In this document: positions 27,051-42,559 of the stretch, in pieces
Numbering within the stretch: position 1 is the first letter of the stretch
How the letters are laid out: each line of letters begins with the position of its first letter
Source of the DNA: the human T2T-CHM13v2.0 reference genome, Homo sapiens
Strand: one strand, 5' to 3'
Length of the DNA stretch: 64,000 bases
NCBI RefSeq assembly: GCF_009914755.1
Contig: NC_060941.1
The notes under the pieces: generated by a model
Told to the model about the DNA's origin: nothing
Database searches by the model: none
What the model saw: only the letters and a program-made list of their open reading frames with translations
Position numbers and translations under genes: made by a program

Positions 27051-29964
27051 ATGTTAATGTCCAGTTTCATTGTTAAAATGTGAGTTTCTACCCAAGTTGT
27101 TTCTTATTTGTACCTGAAGACTTTGAATAGGCTCTGGCACTCCCAGACATGGGATATCAAACAGATGCAGGCCTTAAGTAGGTCATAGGACTGGACTTAC
27201 ATACAAGTGGCTGTGGCTTGTGAGACTAGGTTGTAGTGGTTTTTTTGTTGTTGTTGTTCTGTTTTTTCATTTTGTCTAAGGACTTGAAAACCTTCAGGGG
27301 AGACGTGTGTTAAGATTTGTCTTCTAGTGATCTTCTTTTAAAACACAAATCAATCCTGTTAAGGAATCCATTAAATTACTATTAGTGCGAATGGACTTTT
27401 TTAGGTAGCATGGATGAATTCAATGTAAATGCAAATGTAGTATGTGGAAGAAGAGCCATTCTCATTCTATGAACATAGGACAGGGATGAGAATATATATA
27501 ACCTATAGTTAATGAAAAATATATATTTCTGATTTATGTGAAATCAATTTAAGAGATTACATATATATATTCTATAGATATATGATTTTCATCAGAGCAC
27601 AGAGGATGAAGAGAGAAGAGAAAAGATAGGAGTGGTGGCTACTAGATCCTCTTGGGGGATTATTTTTAAAAAGGCAGTTTTTTGCCAATAAATGGGCACT
27701 AACACCTTCCAATAGATATCCATTGGCTTGCAGAAAAAAAAGTGTCAAAAAATTTATCATTGGAGAAAAGTCAATGTTTCCATTAGTATTAATGTGGCTA
27801 AAGATGGCTCAAGGGTAAAATTATTCAAAATACTATGCATCACAATAGTGCCACCCTGTGGACTACTCTCTCTCTCACCCTATGGGGAAAGAGGCTATGT
27901 GAAAGGAAAATGAATTTCTAGAGCAGCAAAACAAAATTCTTTATTTTTTTTACATAGAAATTGATTGTGTTTGCTATCAGTGATGTAATTATTTTACAAA
28001 GAAGCCCTTGAACTATGGCAGAAATTCTGGATGCTCTGTCACTATGTGTCAATCTCAATATATCAATCATAACGCGTGTGATTTGGGGTTAATATGAAGC
28101 AAAAACAAACTTCTCTTAGGTTAAGTATATTTTCCGAGATTTAAACTAGTTTCCTAATTTTTTTCCCCAGGTTTCCAAATTCTTAGTGTAACACCAACCA
28201 AATATCAAAAGAGATTATTAGAGTTTCAATAAAATAAATAAAATTAAAGAATAAGTTTATAATTCACATTATTCCATTACATGCATTATTAGAGAGGACA
28301 TTTCATTAAAGCATGCAAGCTGCATTTTTTTTAAATTTCGACATGTAGATAGTTTAAACTAGAAGCCAGCCAACACTTTGATATAGCATAAGACAACTGG
28401 GAAATGTCAGTTGACTAAAGTGGTTATTTGAAGAAAATAAGCAAACACAATATTCTTTTTGTCTATTGATATGTGATGCTGTACTGTTATTGGGCAAACT
28501 TTTTAATTAATAGAAAACTCTAATGCTTATGATGACAAAAACACGTTCTGTAAAATAGCACTGTATATGAAAATAGGACAAAAGGGGGAAATTAGAACTC
28601 TGAAACCACAGTGTCAATGAACATCACACAGATTGAAGATCACAGTAATGAATGACCAACATCTTTAGGCTGGAAAGAGTGGGAAAAATTAAGAATTTCA
28701 TGGAGATGTTATTTTCAAAAATAAACTCAATAAAATCACCAAACTCACCATTGGGTTCAGAATGTAACCAATCATCTCTTTCACTTTTATGTTACCTTTG
28801 TGGAGTTTTATTAATGGAAATGAAGAAATTTACTAGAAAAACATGATTGTAGGCACTGTTAAATTTACTTTCTCTTTGTATAATTTCATGAGTGACCTGA
28901 ACTGCTTTGCAGCATCAGTAGGGAAAAAGATAAATATATGAAATTAAAAGGTGAGAATAAATTTAAAAAGTTTTTATCTCTCCAGTGAGAAAGTGATAAT
29001 CATAATGTTTAGTTAAAGCTATCATCTAACCAAATCCATCAGTACACTGATTTTTTAACTTGAGATTTTAATAATGCTGAAGCATTTCCGTCACCTCAGT
29101 ATTAGTGCTTCCTTGTTTAAATCTCAAAGGGCCACCATCCAAGGCTGCAAATATACAAATGATAAAATTTTGGTATTTAAGAATACCCATCTTCTAATAG
29201 GACAGCCATGACAATAATAATGGCATTGATAGAAGAAAACAAGAAAATTTCAAGAAGATAAATACTAGGGAAAGTTTTTAGATTAACATGCAAGTATGAT
29301 ACCCTCCCTCACAAAAATCTTCATTAACACTAAGCCTGTAAATTTCATAGAATACTTCTTGAACTAGGAGAACTGGAATCACTCATCCTGTTAGAATGCA
29401 ATTAATTGGAACCTCTTGAACCAGTATCTTGTGTGTTAGGAGTTGTAAATCTCAACTGTTAAGCATCTTCAGGCACTAAACAAGATCTGAATACTAACGG
29501 GTTCATTTATTTCACTGATTACTGTATGCAGATATGAAATTCCAGGCACTGATTTTTCATTAAACCACTCTCTTAAGGTTAACTTGGCTCTCTCTTTTCA
29601 CCTATGAATCCATATGCTTGCCACGAAAATTGTAATATTGATTTTTAACATTTCCCCACAGTTCAAAAATATTGTTTGCAAAAAATCAAGGGCCTTTTCT
29701 AACAATTCATGTAATTCCTGTTATTAGCTAATGTGTAAGAGTAGGGAACAATTAAACATACTGTATACAAAATCTTACCATGCTGAATTGCACCCAAGAT
29801 ATTAGTTCAGTCATCCTTCAAATTACCTCACAACTAAAAAGGATCAGATACTTAAATAAAAACTTCAGGCAAGGTAGGAAAGAAGTCTTTTATCATCCCT
29901 GTATATTGCAAAAGTGTTCCATTCTCTCGAAATTCACATTATATTTATTAATGAGCAGCACATG

Positions 29965-30140
29965 GAAAGAAAGAAAATGAGAGAAAGAGAAAGAGAAGGA
30001 AGGAAGGAAGGAAAGAAGGAAGGAAGGAGAGAAGGAAGAGAAGAAAAGATAAAGAAGGAAAGAAGTCAGGATGGTAGGAAAGTGAGAGACAGAAAGAGGG
30101 CTAGAGCTAGAGATAACGATGAGAGAGATAAAAGAGATAA
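29965..30140. repeat. (GGAA/GA)-rich simple repeat
   Basis: Purine-rich low-complexity tract. Confidence 0.85.
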
Positions 30141-30649
30141 ACTCTAATGTCTTTGATATCCCCCAATTTAAAAGAGAAGGATGTGACCCCCCCCCCGTTT
30201 ACATATAATGGAACAAGCCAAGTCTCCATTTACTACATGTGGACAGTAAGAAAACTTGCATGGGGAAAACTTTTGGGGGGAAATGAAGGTGATTTCCGAG
30301 CTGCTACTGCAGTTGTATATGACACTGACATTTATTTCCTATAATTCTTGCCCACAGGAAACACATCCTATAAGAAACTGAATAAAATCAAGTTTGACAT
30401 TCTCATAATCTGCAAGGCATCAAGTTCCCTGAGAAGCTCACATTCCCCCAAAACACACACATATATGTAAGGAGCAAGACATTCAGGCGATGAGCTGTGA
30501 AAGGTACTTCCACATTGTGTGGGTGCCAAGGATTTGGTTATTCCTGAACCTGAATCCAAAAAGCGGGGGTGGGGTGTGCGATGACAAATGAGGGTGAGAA
30601 GAATGTTTCCATGAAACCAGACACCCTTTTGGAATCTAGGCTGAGAATC

Positions 30650-31820
30650 AGGATCCCACCCCCTTGCCTACCGCCAGGCTCCAGTAAGCAACCTCTGGCG
30701 TCCTCCCCTCTGCTCCTTCCGCAGCAGCAGACATAGGGATCCCGAGTAGCCAGAGAGCTTAGGTCCCGCCGAGAGCTCCTGCCAAGCGCTTCTCTCTCGA
30801 CTAGTTATCAATTGAGAAAAAAAGGATCAGAGACACATAAGGATGGTGATCAAAATCCAGTGTCAGGCACCAGGTTCCCAGAAGGTTCCAGCTCCTCTTC
30901 TACGCCCTTACCCAGCTCTTTTCGCCTGGCAAAGGGTCACCCAGGGAGCCCCCAGCAGCAGATCCTTCCCTTTTATAGCACCAATCTTCGCCGCCACTGC
31001 CACACTGCGCGCCCGCTATCCACTCACCGCACACCGAGAAGGCCTGGCGGAGACAGCGCAGGGGGAGGAGGGTGGATTAAAAGGATAGATTTTTGGAAGG
31101 GTAAGGGAGAAAAACTTTGATGTTGTACCCACACACAGAACTGAGAAGAAACCAAAACAAGTTGTAGCTTCAGGAGCGGGGAGGACGCTTTCGCCAGCTC
31201 AAAAAAAAAAAAAAAAAAAATTCACCCCCTACCAAATCAGGGGGAGGAAGCTTCCTGTTCCTTGAGCGATCACCGAGCGCACCTCGCAATCTCTGATCTT
31301 CGAACCCACTGAAAAAGCACAAGGCATGGGGAGTCCTGTTGGTTCACGCCCCGGGTGCGAATACCAAAAGCAACTCCCGCTGGAAAGCCTGCAGGAAACT
31401 CGAGACAAAGACAGAGGCAAACGCAACGCTGGGAAGAGCCAGGGGTGCTGCCGTCTGCAAAAGCAGAGACGCGTCTCCCTTCGGGCAAAGTGACTGCTAC
31501 AAAGTCTGTTCCCTCCTGCGCAGGGACAGAGACATTTAAAGGCCTGAACGGACGTCAGCACCAGTAGAGCTCGCTGGGTGAGCGCCAGGCCTCCCCGCCC
31601 CAAGGATAGCGCGCACAGGGCGATCTGCTGCTCGCGAGGTAGAAAGTGGCTTACTTGGGGAGAAAACAGAGCTGGTGGCGCTGCTGAGTGTCAAACCCTG
31701 GAGCCCATCGTCAAGACGTTATATTGGTGGCAGTTCTGCTGTGAGTGCACTTGCCGAATTGAACAGAGCCAGAGCTGCGTGGAGAGAGGTCTGGCCACTC
31801 TGTGCGCGCACACCCAATAT
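30650..31820 (-). promoter_or_regulatory. CpG-enriched promoter/first-exon-like segment of unidentified origin
   Basis: Local CpG enrichment in AT-rich surroundings; GC box 31593-31600, CRE-like TGACGTCC 31550-31557 (minus), TTTAAA 31535-31540, minus-strand donor GCG|GTGAGT at 31028/31027. Confidence 0.55.
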
Positions 31821-34278
31821 TGGCTTACCAAGGAACTCAACACCTGGTTTTTAGAAAGAAACACTTTTCTCTTTAGCTCTGGTTTGAGTCAGTATTCTGA
31901 TTCGTTTCTCAGTTAGTTGAAATCCATCAAGATGTCTTTTACAAGAAAGGGATTAGACTTTCCCGTTCTTGAAATTCCAATCAAGATAATACTTAATCTT
32001 TCCTTAAGCCCCACTGTCTACTTCCTAACTCAGAGTCACAATGGATGAAAGTATTCAAGTGTCTTCAAATGACCATTACCCTGCATTCTAAGACGATTTG
32101 CATACTTTGACGCCCTTTAGTAACTGCAAATTATATTTTTTCAAGTTCGTTTGCCAGCTGGCTTCAGATCAGGTTCAGTCAATGAAAGCTGGTGTGTAGG
32201 AAATCGGCCGGTGCCCAAAGGGTAACAGCTAGGTTGTTCCTCCTCCTTTGCCTCTGCTATGGGTGACATCTACACCATTACCTGTCCTCTAAATGGTTCT
32301 AGTTTCCATCAGGGAACGCTGGCTCCTTGTCTTTAGTAGCTTGACCTTCCCCCTTTATACTTTCAACCTGTTTCTGATTATAATTTGATTTCTCATATAG
32401 AGTAATCAGAGGGAGACAATTTACTGATTTCAACCAATTACTATTCTCTATATTTTATTTATTTATCATACTATAAGACTGCATTTTATGTGTGTTTTAA
32501 GCATGATTCAGCCACTCAAAATTTGACAAAAGCAGCATTGGTAGCTTCCAAAAGGAAGGTCAGATCCTGCTGTGTGGTAAACTAATTAACATGAGATCTA
32601 CGACCTACAGGCTTAGGGTTTTACTTTGATGACTGTTATTTTTATAATTCTGAGTATCAGTGTTCAACATATTTGATGGCTATCCTCATCAAATGATCCT
32701 AATTTATTCATTCACTTATTCATGTACTCTTTGAAAATATGTATTGACATCTTCTGTATCCCTGTCCTCATACATATCTCAGTTTTGTTGCAACAGAGGA
32801 AAGCATATGGTGAAACAAGGAGTTGGCCCCTTCTTGACAACTTGTGCAGATACAAGTGCTTTGAATGGGGAAGAGACTGGGAATGCAATTTTCTTAGTGT
32901 GGTGAGCTATTCTGCAATATTATAACAGATTCAATATTTAAAGAGCTGCAACTCAAAATGAATAAGATAAATTGAAGTGTTGTGATTTAAGTGCAAATTA
33001 AACTCTCCAAAACATCAAAATACAGGTTTTGCATGTAATTAACAAAGCAAAGAGAGACTGTAAATCTTATGTGGTAATTAGATTGGTCCATGGTAAAACT
33101 GAGGTAGCTGGTAATTTATTTTTCTATGTTGGGAAAGAAATTTAAAAACAAATATAGTAAACAGCAATTAATGTTTTATGATTTGTAAATAAAGTTATAT
33201 TTTTAAGATTGAAGCCTCTCTTACCATTCTCGAAGAGCCATTTCAAGCCTTGAATCTCTCAGGGCTTCAGTTTGAATTATTATAACTTTCCAGTTTGAGA
33301 ACATTTTTCATTTATTCAACACTTAAATTGTATGAGATTATATTTTCAGGAACAATTATGTTTATTTTTTATATGAAATAAAAGTGGACAAAATATTAAC
33401 TCATAATTTTAAAACTGTTATTACAACAAATACAAGGCATATTATAATTGTCAATAAAAAGAGAAGTGCCTGTAAAATTATAATAAATCATTCAAATATC
33501 TTAAAAGCAAAATGCATAAAAGGTAGAATGTATATATTTTCATTTGAATGACTGTTTTTTAATTAAAAGAAATAACAGGATTCTTAAAACATTCAATTAG
33601 AAACTACGGATTTTCAGCTTTTCCCGATTCTATTAGAAATGTAAAACAAAATAAATTTAAATTCAAAAACATGACGGACCCTTCATAATGTATTCTGCCT
33701 ACTCATTCCATGTCACTTCTAATTTCTCCCTTCATACAAAATATGTTGAAATCATACTAAATCTTTGCCTTCTGTGCTTTTATTGTAACACACTCCATCA
33801 TCTTTGCAGTTGCAATTTTCTGTTCATATAATTTGCCTTCTTCCATTTTATGGCTTAGCATCTTTTTATCTTTCTTGGATCATCTAAGGTTTAGCTTTCT
33901 TGTGGAAATCTACATTGGCTGCACTTCCTAGATATTCCCATTGGGCGTTGATATCCTCTTATAGCACTTCCTCCACTACGATGTGTTGCCACACTTACTA
34001 ACATAGCTAACCTGTTACACAGTAAGAACTGTTAGGGGAGAGTTAGGATAAAAAGACTAAAGTGGGTAGAGTTAGGGTTTGGGTTACAATACTAGCTGTA
34101 TCTTGATTTGCTAGCATAGCATACATACTAGTCAACAAGTATATATGTATTGAGTATATCTATAAATAAATCAATAACTTTTAAAACATGGACCTTTGGT
34201 TTCTATCTTATAAAAAGCTTCCCTAAAATGTATGAAAGGTCTCACTGACTTTATGAAATATACATTGCTCTGATTTCT

Positions 34279-34583
34279 TATTTATTTTTATTTATTTATT
34301 TATTTTGAGACAGAGTCCCTCTGTCGCCCAGGCTGGAGTGCAGTGTCACAATCTTGGCTCACTGCAACCTCCGTCTCCTGTGTTCAAGCAATTCTCCTGC
34401 CTCAGCCTCCCGAGTAGCTGAGATTACAGGCACATGCCATCACACCAGCTAATTTTTATATTTTTAGTAGAGATGGGGTTTCACCATGTTGGCCAGGCTG
34501 GTCTCAAACTCCTGGCCTCGTAATCCGCCTGCCTTGGCCTCTCAAAGTGCTGGGATTGCAGGTGTGAGTCACCGTGCCTGGCC
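34279..34583 (-). mobile_element. AluSg-like
   Basis: Full reverse Alu; TSD ttgctctgat. Confidence 0.92.
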
Positions 34584-34742
34584 CCTTGCTCTGATCTTAG
34601 TCTTCTTAAGCTCTGGTCCTTAACATTTGAGAATGTCTGACAGGACCCATGAATTTTATTTTTTTAAAACTTGTATATGCCCAAAATTTGCATGCAGTTT
34701 GTATGGAATTTTGCAAAATGTATGGAAATCCTGAAGTCTGGT

Positions 34743-35048
34743 TTTTTTTTTTTTTTTTTTTGGCAGGGTCTCATTCTGTCACCCAGACTGGGATGTGGTG
34801 GTGTTATCGTAGCTTACTGTAACCTTCAACTACTGGGCTCAAGCAATCCTCCAGGCTCAGCCTCTGAGTAGCTAAGATTAAAGGCATGTGACACCATGCC
34901 CAGCTTATTTTATTTTATTTTTTTCAGAGACAAAATCTTGCATTAAAGCCCAATCTGGTCTCAAACTCCTGTCCTCAAGTGATCCTCCTGTCTAGGCCTA
35001 TTAATCCCAAAGGGCTGGGATTCCAAACATCAGCAGCTGTGCTCAACC
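34743..35048 (-). mobile_element. AluJ
   Basis: Diverged reverse Alu. Confidence 0.85.
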
Positions 35049-35429
35049 TTGAGGTTCTGGCTGTAATCTGGCTGTTATTTATCGAAACAACAGAAGTTCT
35101 TGGTATTAACAGTCATTCTTCTTCAGAGAGTCACCCCACAAGACTCAGATGAATATAGTTAAGAAGCCAAAATGAGGTCATTATGGCAGAACAGAATTGA
35201 TAGTGCACATTAAAAGACATTACACACTTTGGGTGATTCAACTAAATCATAGTCTGAAATGCAGTTACAAAGTGGTAATGTTCAAACGATCATCTATTAG
35301 TCAAAGTTACAAGAAAAGTCCTGGTTATGTTGGTAAAAATTGTATCTGTGATTATCCATCTTCAAATGATTTGTTAAATGTTTATTAAGATAAAAAAGTT
35401 ACATTTCAAAAGTATTTATATTATTTGTC

Positions 35430-35940
35430 AATTCCTCCATAACAAATTATCCCAAAATAAAGTATAATAATGAAATTTTAAAAAAAGATGAGAAACATAT
35501 TCTTCACCACAAAAAAAAAAAAAACCTTTATTATCTCGAAGTTTCTGTGGTGCAGGAATCTGGGCATGGCTTAACTGGGTCTTCTATTCAGAGACTCTCA
35601 CAAGTTATAATCAATCTCACTCACATGCTTGATGGTATATTCAGTACTTTGACAGCTGTTGTCCAGAATTCCATATAATGTGAGCCTCTTCAGTATGGGA
35701 AGGTTTCTTCATCAAAATGTGCGAAGCCAAAAAAAAAAGCCATTGAAAAGAGTCCAAGACAGAAGTCACATCTTTTGTCAACTAATCACAGAATCAACCT
35801 CTCATCATGTTTGCTGTATTCTGTGCAACAGCAGCAAGCCTATGGATCCAGCTGACACCCATGGGGAGGGTATTAGACAAGGGTTGGAATCCCAGGAGAT
35901 GGAGACCATTAGAAACTACATTAATCTGCTGATTACAGTA
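35430..35940 (-). mobile_element. MaLR LTR (MLT1)
   Basis: TTATCTCGAAGTTTCTGTGG..CAGGAATCTGGGCATGGCTTAACTGGGTC. Confidence 0.65.
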
Positions 35941-36871
35941 GTTTGCCAAAGAATCCTGAGATAATAATTCTGGGCTCAAAGTTCTTATGAGGCACTGAGG
36001 CAGGACAATAAAGTAACAGAAAATAATACTATATTAATTTTAATGATTTACTAATACTAATATACTGGTATAATGTACTAAAATAGTATACTACATTTTT
36101 GGTAATTTGTCCAGGAGTAATAGAAACAAATCCAAATATTAAATATCAAAGCATATTATAATTCTATGATAATTAACTCTGTAATTTAAAAAGTCTAATA
36201 TAGGAATATACCAAAAAAGAAAGCTTTAACAATATACGTTATTGCCTAATATATCAAAATGGAGCCTTCACATATGAAATTAGTAAAATATTTTTGACCT
36301 AATAATTTCATTTTTAGCTTTTCTCTAAGAAGTCATATTGTTTGCAAAAATGTTATGTACCAAGGAGTTTATAACATGCAGTTGTAGTCAGGAAAAATTT
36401 TAAATTAAAAATGTGCAATAAATATATGTAAAAACAGAATAATATAGGCATCTAAATAGCCCTATATAAAAAGGCAAACATAAAATTACAAATTAGCATT
36501 AACCAAAAATATGCTCTGAAGTACATCCCTTGATTGAATTTACTTAAGTTTCTTTTGGAAAAAAATAAAAATAATTGTATTTGCTAGTAAGAGAAGGTAG
36601 AACATTATTTGCCCATTTGTTTTCAGAAGTAAAGCAAGACATTTATGTTTTCAGAAGTAAAACAAATACAATATTTTCTAAGTAATAAGGTTGAGACAAG
36701 AAAAAACCAGCAATGAGTCAAAATGTCTATTTACATTCTTTTACAGGAAAACAAGACTTAGCTACTTTCTTCCAAAAAAAAATTTAAGTAGAAATGTTAC
36801 TGTTTTACTAAAAGTAAATACATTTTACATACTTCTCTCATAATTTTAATCTGGAGTTCAGTTATGGTGAT

Positions 36872-37252
36872 CATATTAGTCAGTGTTTTCCAGAGAGACA
36901 GAACCAATAGGAGAAAGAGACAGGGAGATGAAATAAGGCATTGTTTAGCATGATTATGGGGGAAAAGACATCCCAAGATCTGCAGTCAGCAATCTGGAGA
37001 CTCAGGAGAGATGGTGGCATAGCTCCAGTGTGAAAGCTGGCAGGCAGGTTTGACACTCAATGAAAGCCAAAGTTTCAGTTTGAGTCCAAAGGTGGGAAGA
37101 AACCAATGTCCCATCTCAATGCTTTCAGGTAGGAGGAAGTTCCTTCTTACTCCTAGGAAACTCAGCCTTCTTATTCTATTCAAGACTTCCACTGATTGAT
37201 GGGACCCACCCACATCATTGGGGAAGTCTACTTTACTCAGTCTACGAATTCA
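36872..37252 (-). mobile_element. MLT2 LTR fragment
   Basis: TATTAGTCAGTGTTTTCCAGAGAGACAGAACCAATAGG..ACTGATTGATGGGACCCACCCACAT. Confidence 0.75.
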
Positions 37253-37564
37253 ATACAGAAAAAGATACAAATAAGATATCATTTAAATTTTTAAAAAATC
37301 ATTGCTAATCAAAATGTAGCATTTTAATTGTGTTTTTAGAGTTTTGTAAGTGTCCTTAATTTTTCAGCTTATTCTTAAAAAATCAATTTCACTTTATTCA
37401 AAATTCCCTTTTGGAAAACATTAAATGCTGGCCCATATAATCTTAGACTTTACATGCTTTTTGATAAATATAACATTAAAAGTAGCATGTGTAGTCATTT
37501 AAATTACACATATAAGATGTACATATATTATTCTCCAGAGGAAATAAAACTGTTAAGAACTCTG

Positions 37565-37604
37565 ATTTAGGTAGGGTTCTCCAGAGAAACAGAACTGATA
37601 GAAG

Positions 37605-37641
<37 letters not shown>

Positions 37642-37795
37642 GACAGAGAGCGAGAGAAGAAGTGAAGAGAAGACATTTATTAGGAGAATTGGCTTATCTG
37701 ATTTCAGAGGCTAAGAAGTCTCATAATAGGCCACGTGCAAGCTGGAGAACCAAGAAACTTGTTAGCATGGCTCAGTCCAAATCCAGAGGCCTTTC
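37565..37795 (-). mobile_element. MLT2 LTR fragment containing a (TG)n microsatellite (37606-37638)
   Basis: GGGTTCTCCAGAGAAACAGAAC..GCAAGCTGGAGAACC..GGCTCAGTCCAAATCC. Confidence 0.75.
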
Positions 37796-38827
37796 CAGAC
37801 TTTACCACTAATCAACGCATTATATTTAGAAAGGTATCATAGTAAGTCTCTATTTCAATTTAAAATTCTCTATTTTCAGTGACAATGAAGGACAAAGGAT
37901 CAAATTTTATAATTATTGTGAAAAGAGATTATAGAGAAAGGGCCTGGATAATACCAAAAATAGAAGAACCATCCATCTGGGGCAGAGAATCAGCAGTGAT
38001 ATTACTTGAAATATGGAAATTAATAGTATGTATGGTTGAGTTTAAGATCTAAAACATAAAAGTTAAATCTAAATCTAAAATATGTGATTTAACTCTCTAG
38101 AATATATCTACTCAATTATATGAAACAAGCGGGCTGATTCTCAATACTTTATCAATAATAAAGGTTTTTCCAAATATTATTGAAGAAATATCAAAGTGTC
38201 TAAAAAACAAAGCCTTAGACCATGAACCATAGAGAAAAAGAAAAGGTTTGCCATAAAAAGTGAATAACCTTTTTATTCCCAGTTGTGATGTGTTCATACA
38301 AACCATTAGCACTTTCATTTCAGTGAATTATGCCAGTTCTTGCTTTACCTTGTCAAGATTATATATATGATTATATAAGCCAAACATGCTTCCAAGCTGT
38401 AACTCACACGAAAATAATAAAGACTGTGAATGAACTGACTATATTTTATACAAAACAAAATCATACACTTATTTTAGATTTGAAAATATTTGGGCAATAG
38501 GTTAATTGGATCTCTTTTCAGTGTTTGGGATGTGTGTGCATACGAATGAGTGTATGTCTTTGTGTGTCATCAGCTCAACCTACCTTGAAGAAAAAATATG
38601 ATAAAGTAAATAAATAAAATATATATTATCAGAAGTCGGTAGAGATAAAAAGTACAAAATTTGATGAAGGTCTCTGTCTTGTTTATCATTACATGAGAAA
38701 GGAAAAACTTGTAATATAAGACAAAAATTATTTTTTATAGTAGCTATTTTTGAACACTGCTCTGCTCAACAATTTTGCATCCATTAAAATAAATATGAGA
38801 ATCAAATATTTCAAAGCAATGCTATAA

Positions 38828-39945
<1,118 letters not shown>

Positions 39946-39999
39946 ATATTTGTATGTAGAAATTTGTTGATGCCCTCCTCAGCATCCTGTCCATGTCTT

Positions 40000-40462
40000 A
40001 TTTTATATCAGCACAATTCACAATTGCAAAAACATGTAATGAGCCCACATGTCCATCAATAAGTAGATTAAGAAATTGTGATATAAATAAATAAATACAT
40101 AAATATATGGGAATACTAGTCAGCCATAAAACGAAAAAAATAATGGGATTCACAGCAACCTGGATGGAATCAGAGACTATTATTCTAAGTGAAGTAACGT
40201 CAGAATGGAAAACCAAACATCGTATGCCCTCGCTCGTATGCGGGAACTAAGCTATGAGGATGCAAAGGCATTAGACTACTATAATGGACTTTGGGGACTT
40301 GGGAGAAAGGGTGTGGGGCGTGAGGAATAAAAGACTACAAATTGGATAGTGTATACTGCACAGGTGTTGGGTGCATCAAAATCTCACTAATCACCTCTAA
40401 AGGACTTACTCTTATAATCAAACACCACCTGTTCCCTAAAAACCTATGGAAATAAAATAAAA
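40000..40462 (+). mobile_element. L1PB/L1MA 3' fragment
   Basis: GCAACCTGGATGGAA..GGAAAACCAAACATCGTATG..CACCACCTGTTCCCTAAAAACCTATGGAAATAAA. Confidence 0.85.
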
Positions 40463-40499
40463 TGAAGAAATTTTGTGTATGCATACCACATATTTTTTA

Positions 40500-41660
40500 A
40501 CTTTTTTCACAGGTTCATTGAGATATAATTTATATATTATTTAATTCACTCATATAAAGTATAAAATTCAATTTTTTAGTGCATTAACTGGGTGAATATG
40601 CAATCACCACAATATAATTTTAGAACATTTTTATGCTCCTTAAAAGAAACCTTGCACCCATTAGCAATCTTTCCTCATTTTCCCCACTCTTTCTTTAAAC
40701 CTCTCCCAGCCTTAGGCAACCATCCATCTACTTCCTAAGGATTTGCCTATTCTGGAAGGATTTGCCCATCCTGGACATTTCATGTAAGCGGAATCATAAT
40801 AATATATAGTTACGTGCGACTCACTACTTTCACTTACCATGTTTTCAATGTTTATCCTTTTTGGAGCATGTATTAATACCTTTTTCTTTTTCATTGCCAA
40901 GTAATATTATATTTTATGGACAGGCCACATTTTATTACTCTACTCCTCAATTGATGAACATTTCTGTTGTTTCCTACTTTTTGTTGCTATAAATACTTGT
41001 ATGCTACTTTTTGTGTAGACGTTTGTTTTAATTTTTTTAGTGTACACATAGGAGTGAATTACTGAGTCACGTGGTAATTCTATACTTAACCTTTTGAAGA
41101 ACTGTTTCATTTTTCTGCATGTTGCCTGCCAATTATCTCAGCACCATATATTGAAGAGTGTCCTTTCCCCACTTTATGTTTTGTTTGCTTTATCAAATAT
41201 CAGATCTGTAGATTGTTTGGGGTAGCATTGAGATTTTGACAATATTATTTTTTGAATTCATAAATATAGGATATTTTTCTATTTGTCACTTCCAAATTCT
41301 TTCATCAATGTGCTATAATTTTCAGTATACACATCTTTCACACCCTTCATTAAAATTACTCCTTAGTATTTTATTTACTTATATATTTGTTTTGTTGCTA
41401 CTATAAATGTAATTACTTTATTAATTTATTTTTCGGATAGTTTGTCATGGGTGTTTAGAAACAAGAATACTATTTGTATGTTAATTTTGTAACTCTCAAC
41501 TTTATTGAATGTGTTTATCAGCTTTAACAGGTTTTTTCGGTGGAGTCTAAGATTTTCTTTACATTAGGATTACATTTTCAGAAAACAGAGACAATCTCAC
41601 CCCTTCCTTTCCTATTTGGATGCCTTTCATTTCTTTGCCTTGTATAATTACCCTGGCTAG
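40500..41660 (-). mobile_element. L1M fragments
   Basis: Reverse L1MB-like 3' UTR (TTTGCCTATTCTGG..GGACATTTCAT) and ORF2 pieces. Confidence 0.75.
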
Positions 41661-42559
41661 TAGATTACATACAATGTTTTCAGCATCTGTAATTTGACAT
41701 CAAATCCATCCATTGTAATACACTGATTTTCACTTTTCAACTTAAAAACCTGGACATTTATCACTACTCTCCCTTTCTCTTGGCCTAGTCCTTATTTAAA
41801 AAAAAAACCTACCAATCTAAACTAGGATATTTATTTTTCTATAATACAATTTCAAAGGCATTTTAAAAATTTAACAATTTTTAAACTTTCTATGTCAATG
41901 ATTTTAAACTGCGGTCTCTCAAAACAAATCCAATACCTTTAGTAGGAAAAATTATGTTAATTCCTACACTATCATTGGGTTGAGCCAAGAGTTGATATTA
42001 ATAGATATGCTTATTTATTACCTTGTTCTAACAGTTGTAGTGTAAGTCTTGAAAATCAAGTAAAAATTTGTAAAGATTGTAATTGCACAAACTCCCTCTC
42101 ATGAGTCACACAGTTAATCCAAAATATTATTTCTAAATTATAAAGCCAACAAGTAAATACAATGTAGTGTTTAAAAATAATCCTAATAAGTATATTCTAG
42201 AAGTGAAACATTAATTGATACTATTTATTGAATATCTCCTATTTATTTACATAGAAACAAAGGAAAAGCATATTATGTAACATTCAAATGACTAAAAATA
42301 CTTGAGATAGCATTGCTAAATGCTATGTAAATGCTGACAAAAGTAAAAATGCCATTCGCTACATTTGCTAAATATATTGTGACACATTATAAGTATTTTA
42401 AAGATATATCACTAATGCTTGGGTCAAGTGGGCAAAAATGATTCTAAGTATTTAATTGCGGAAAAATTTAGTACAGAGGATAGTATTCAAGTGATGGAAA
42501 AATTTAAAGTGGAACTCAGAGATTAGAAGCAGCAGGAAGTTTTAATAACGTACCAGGTG

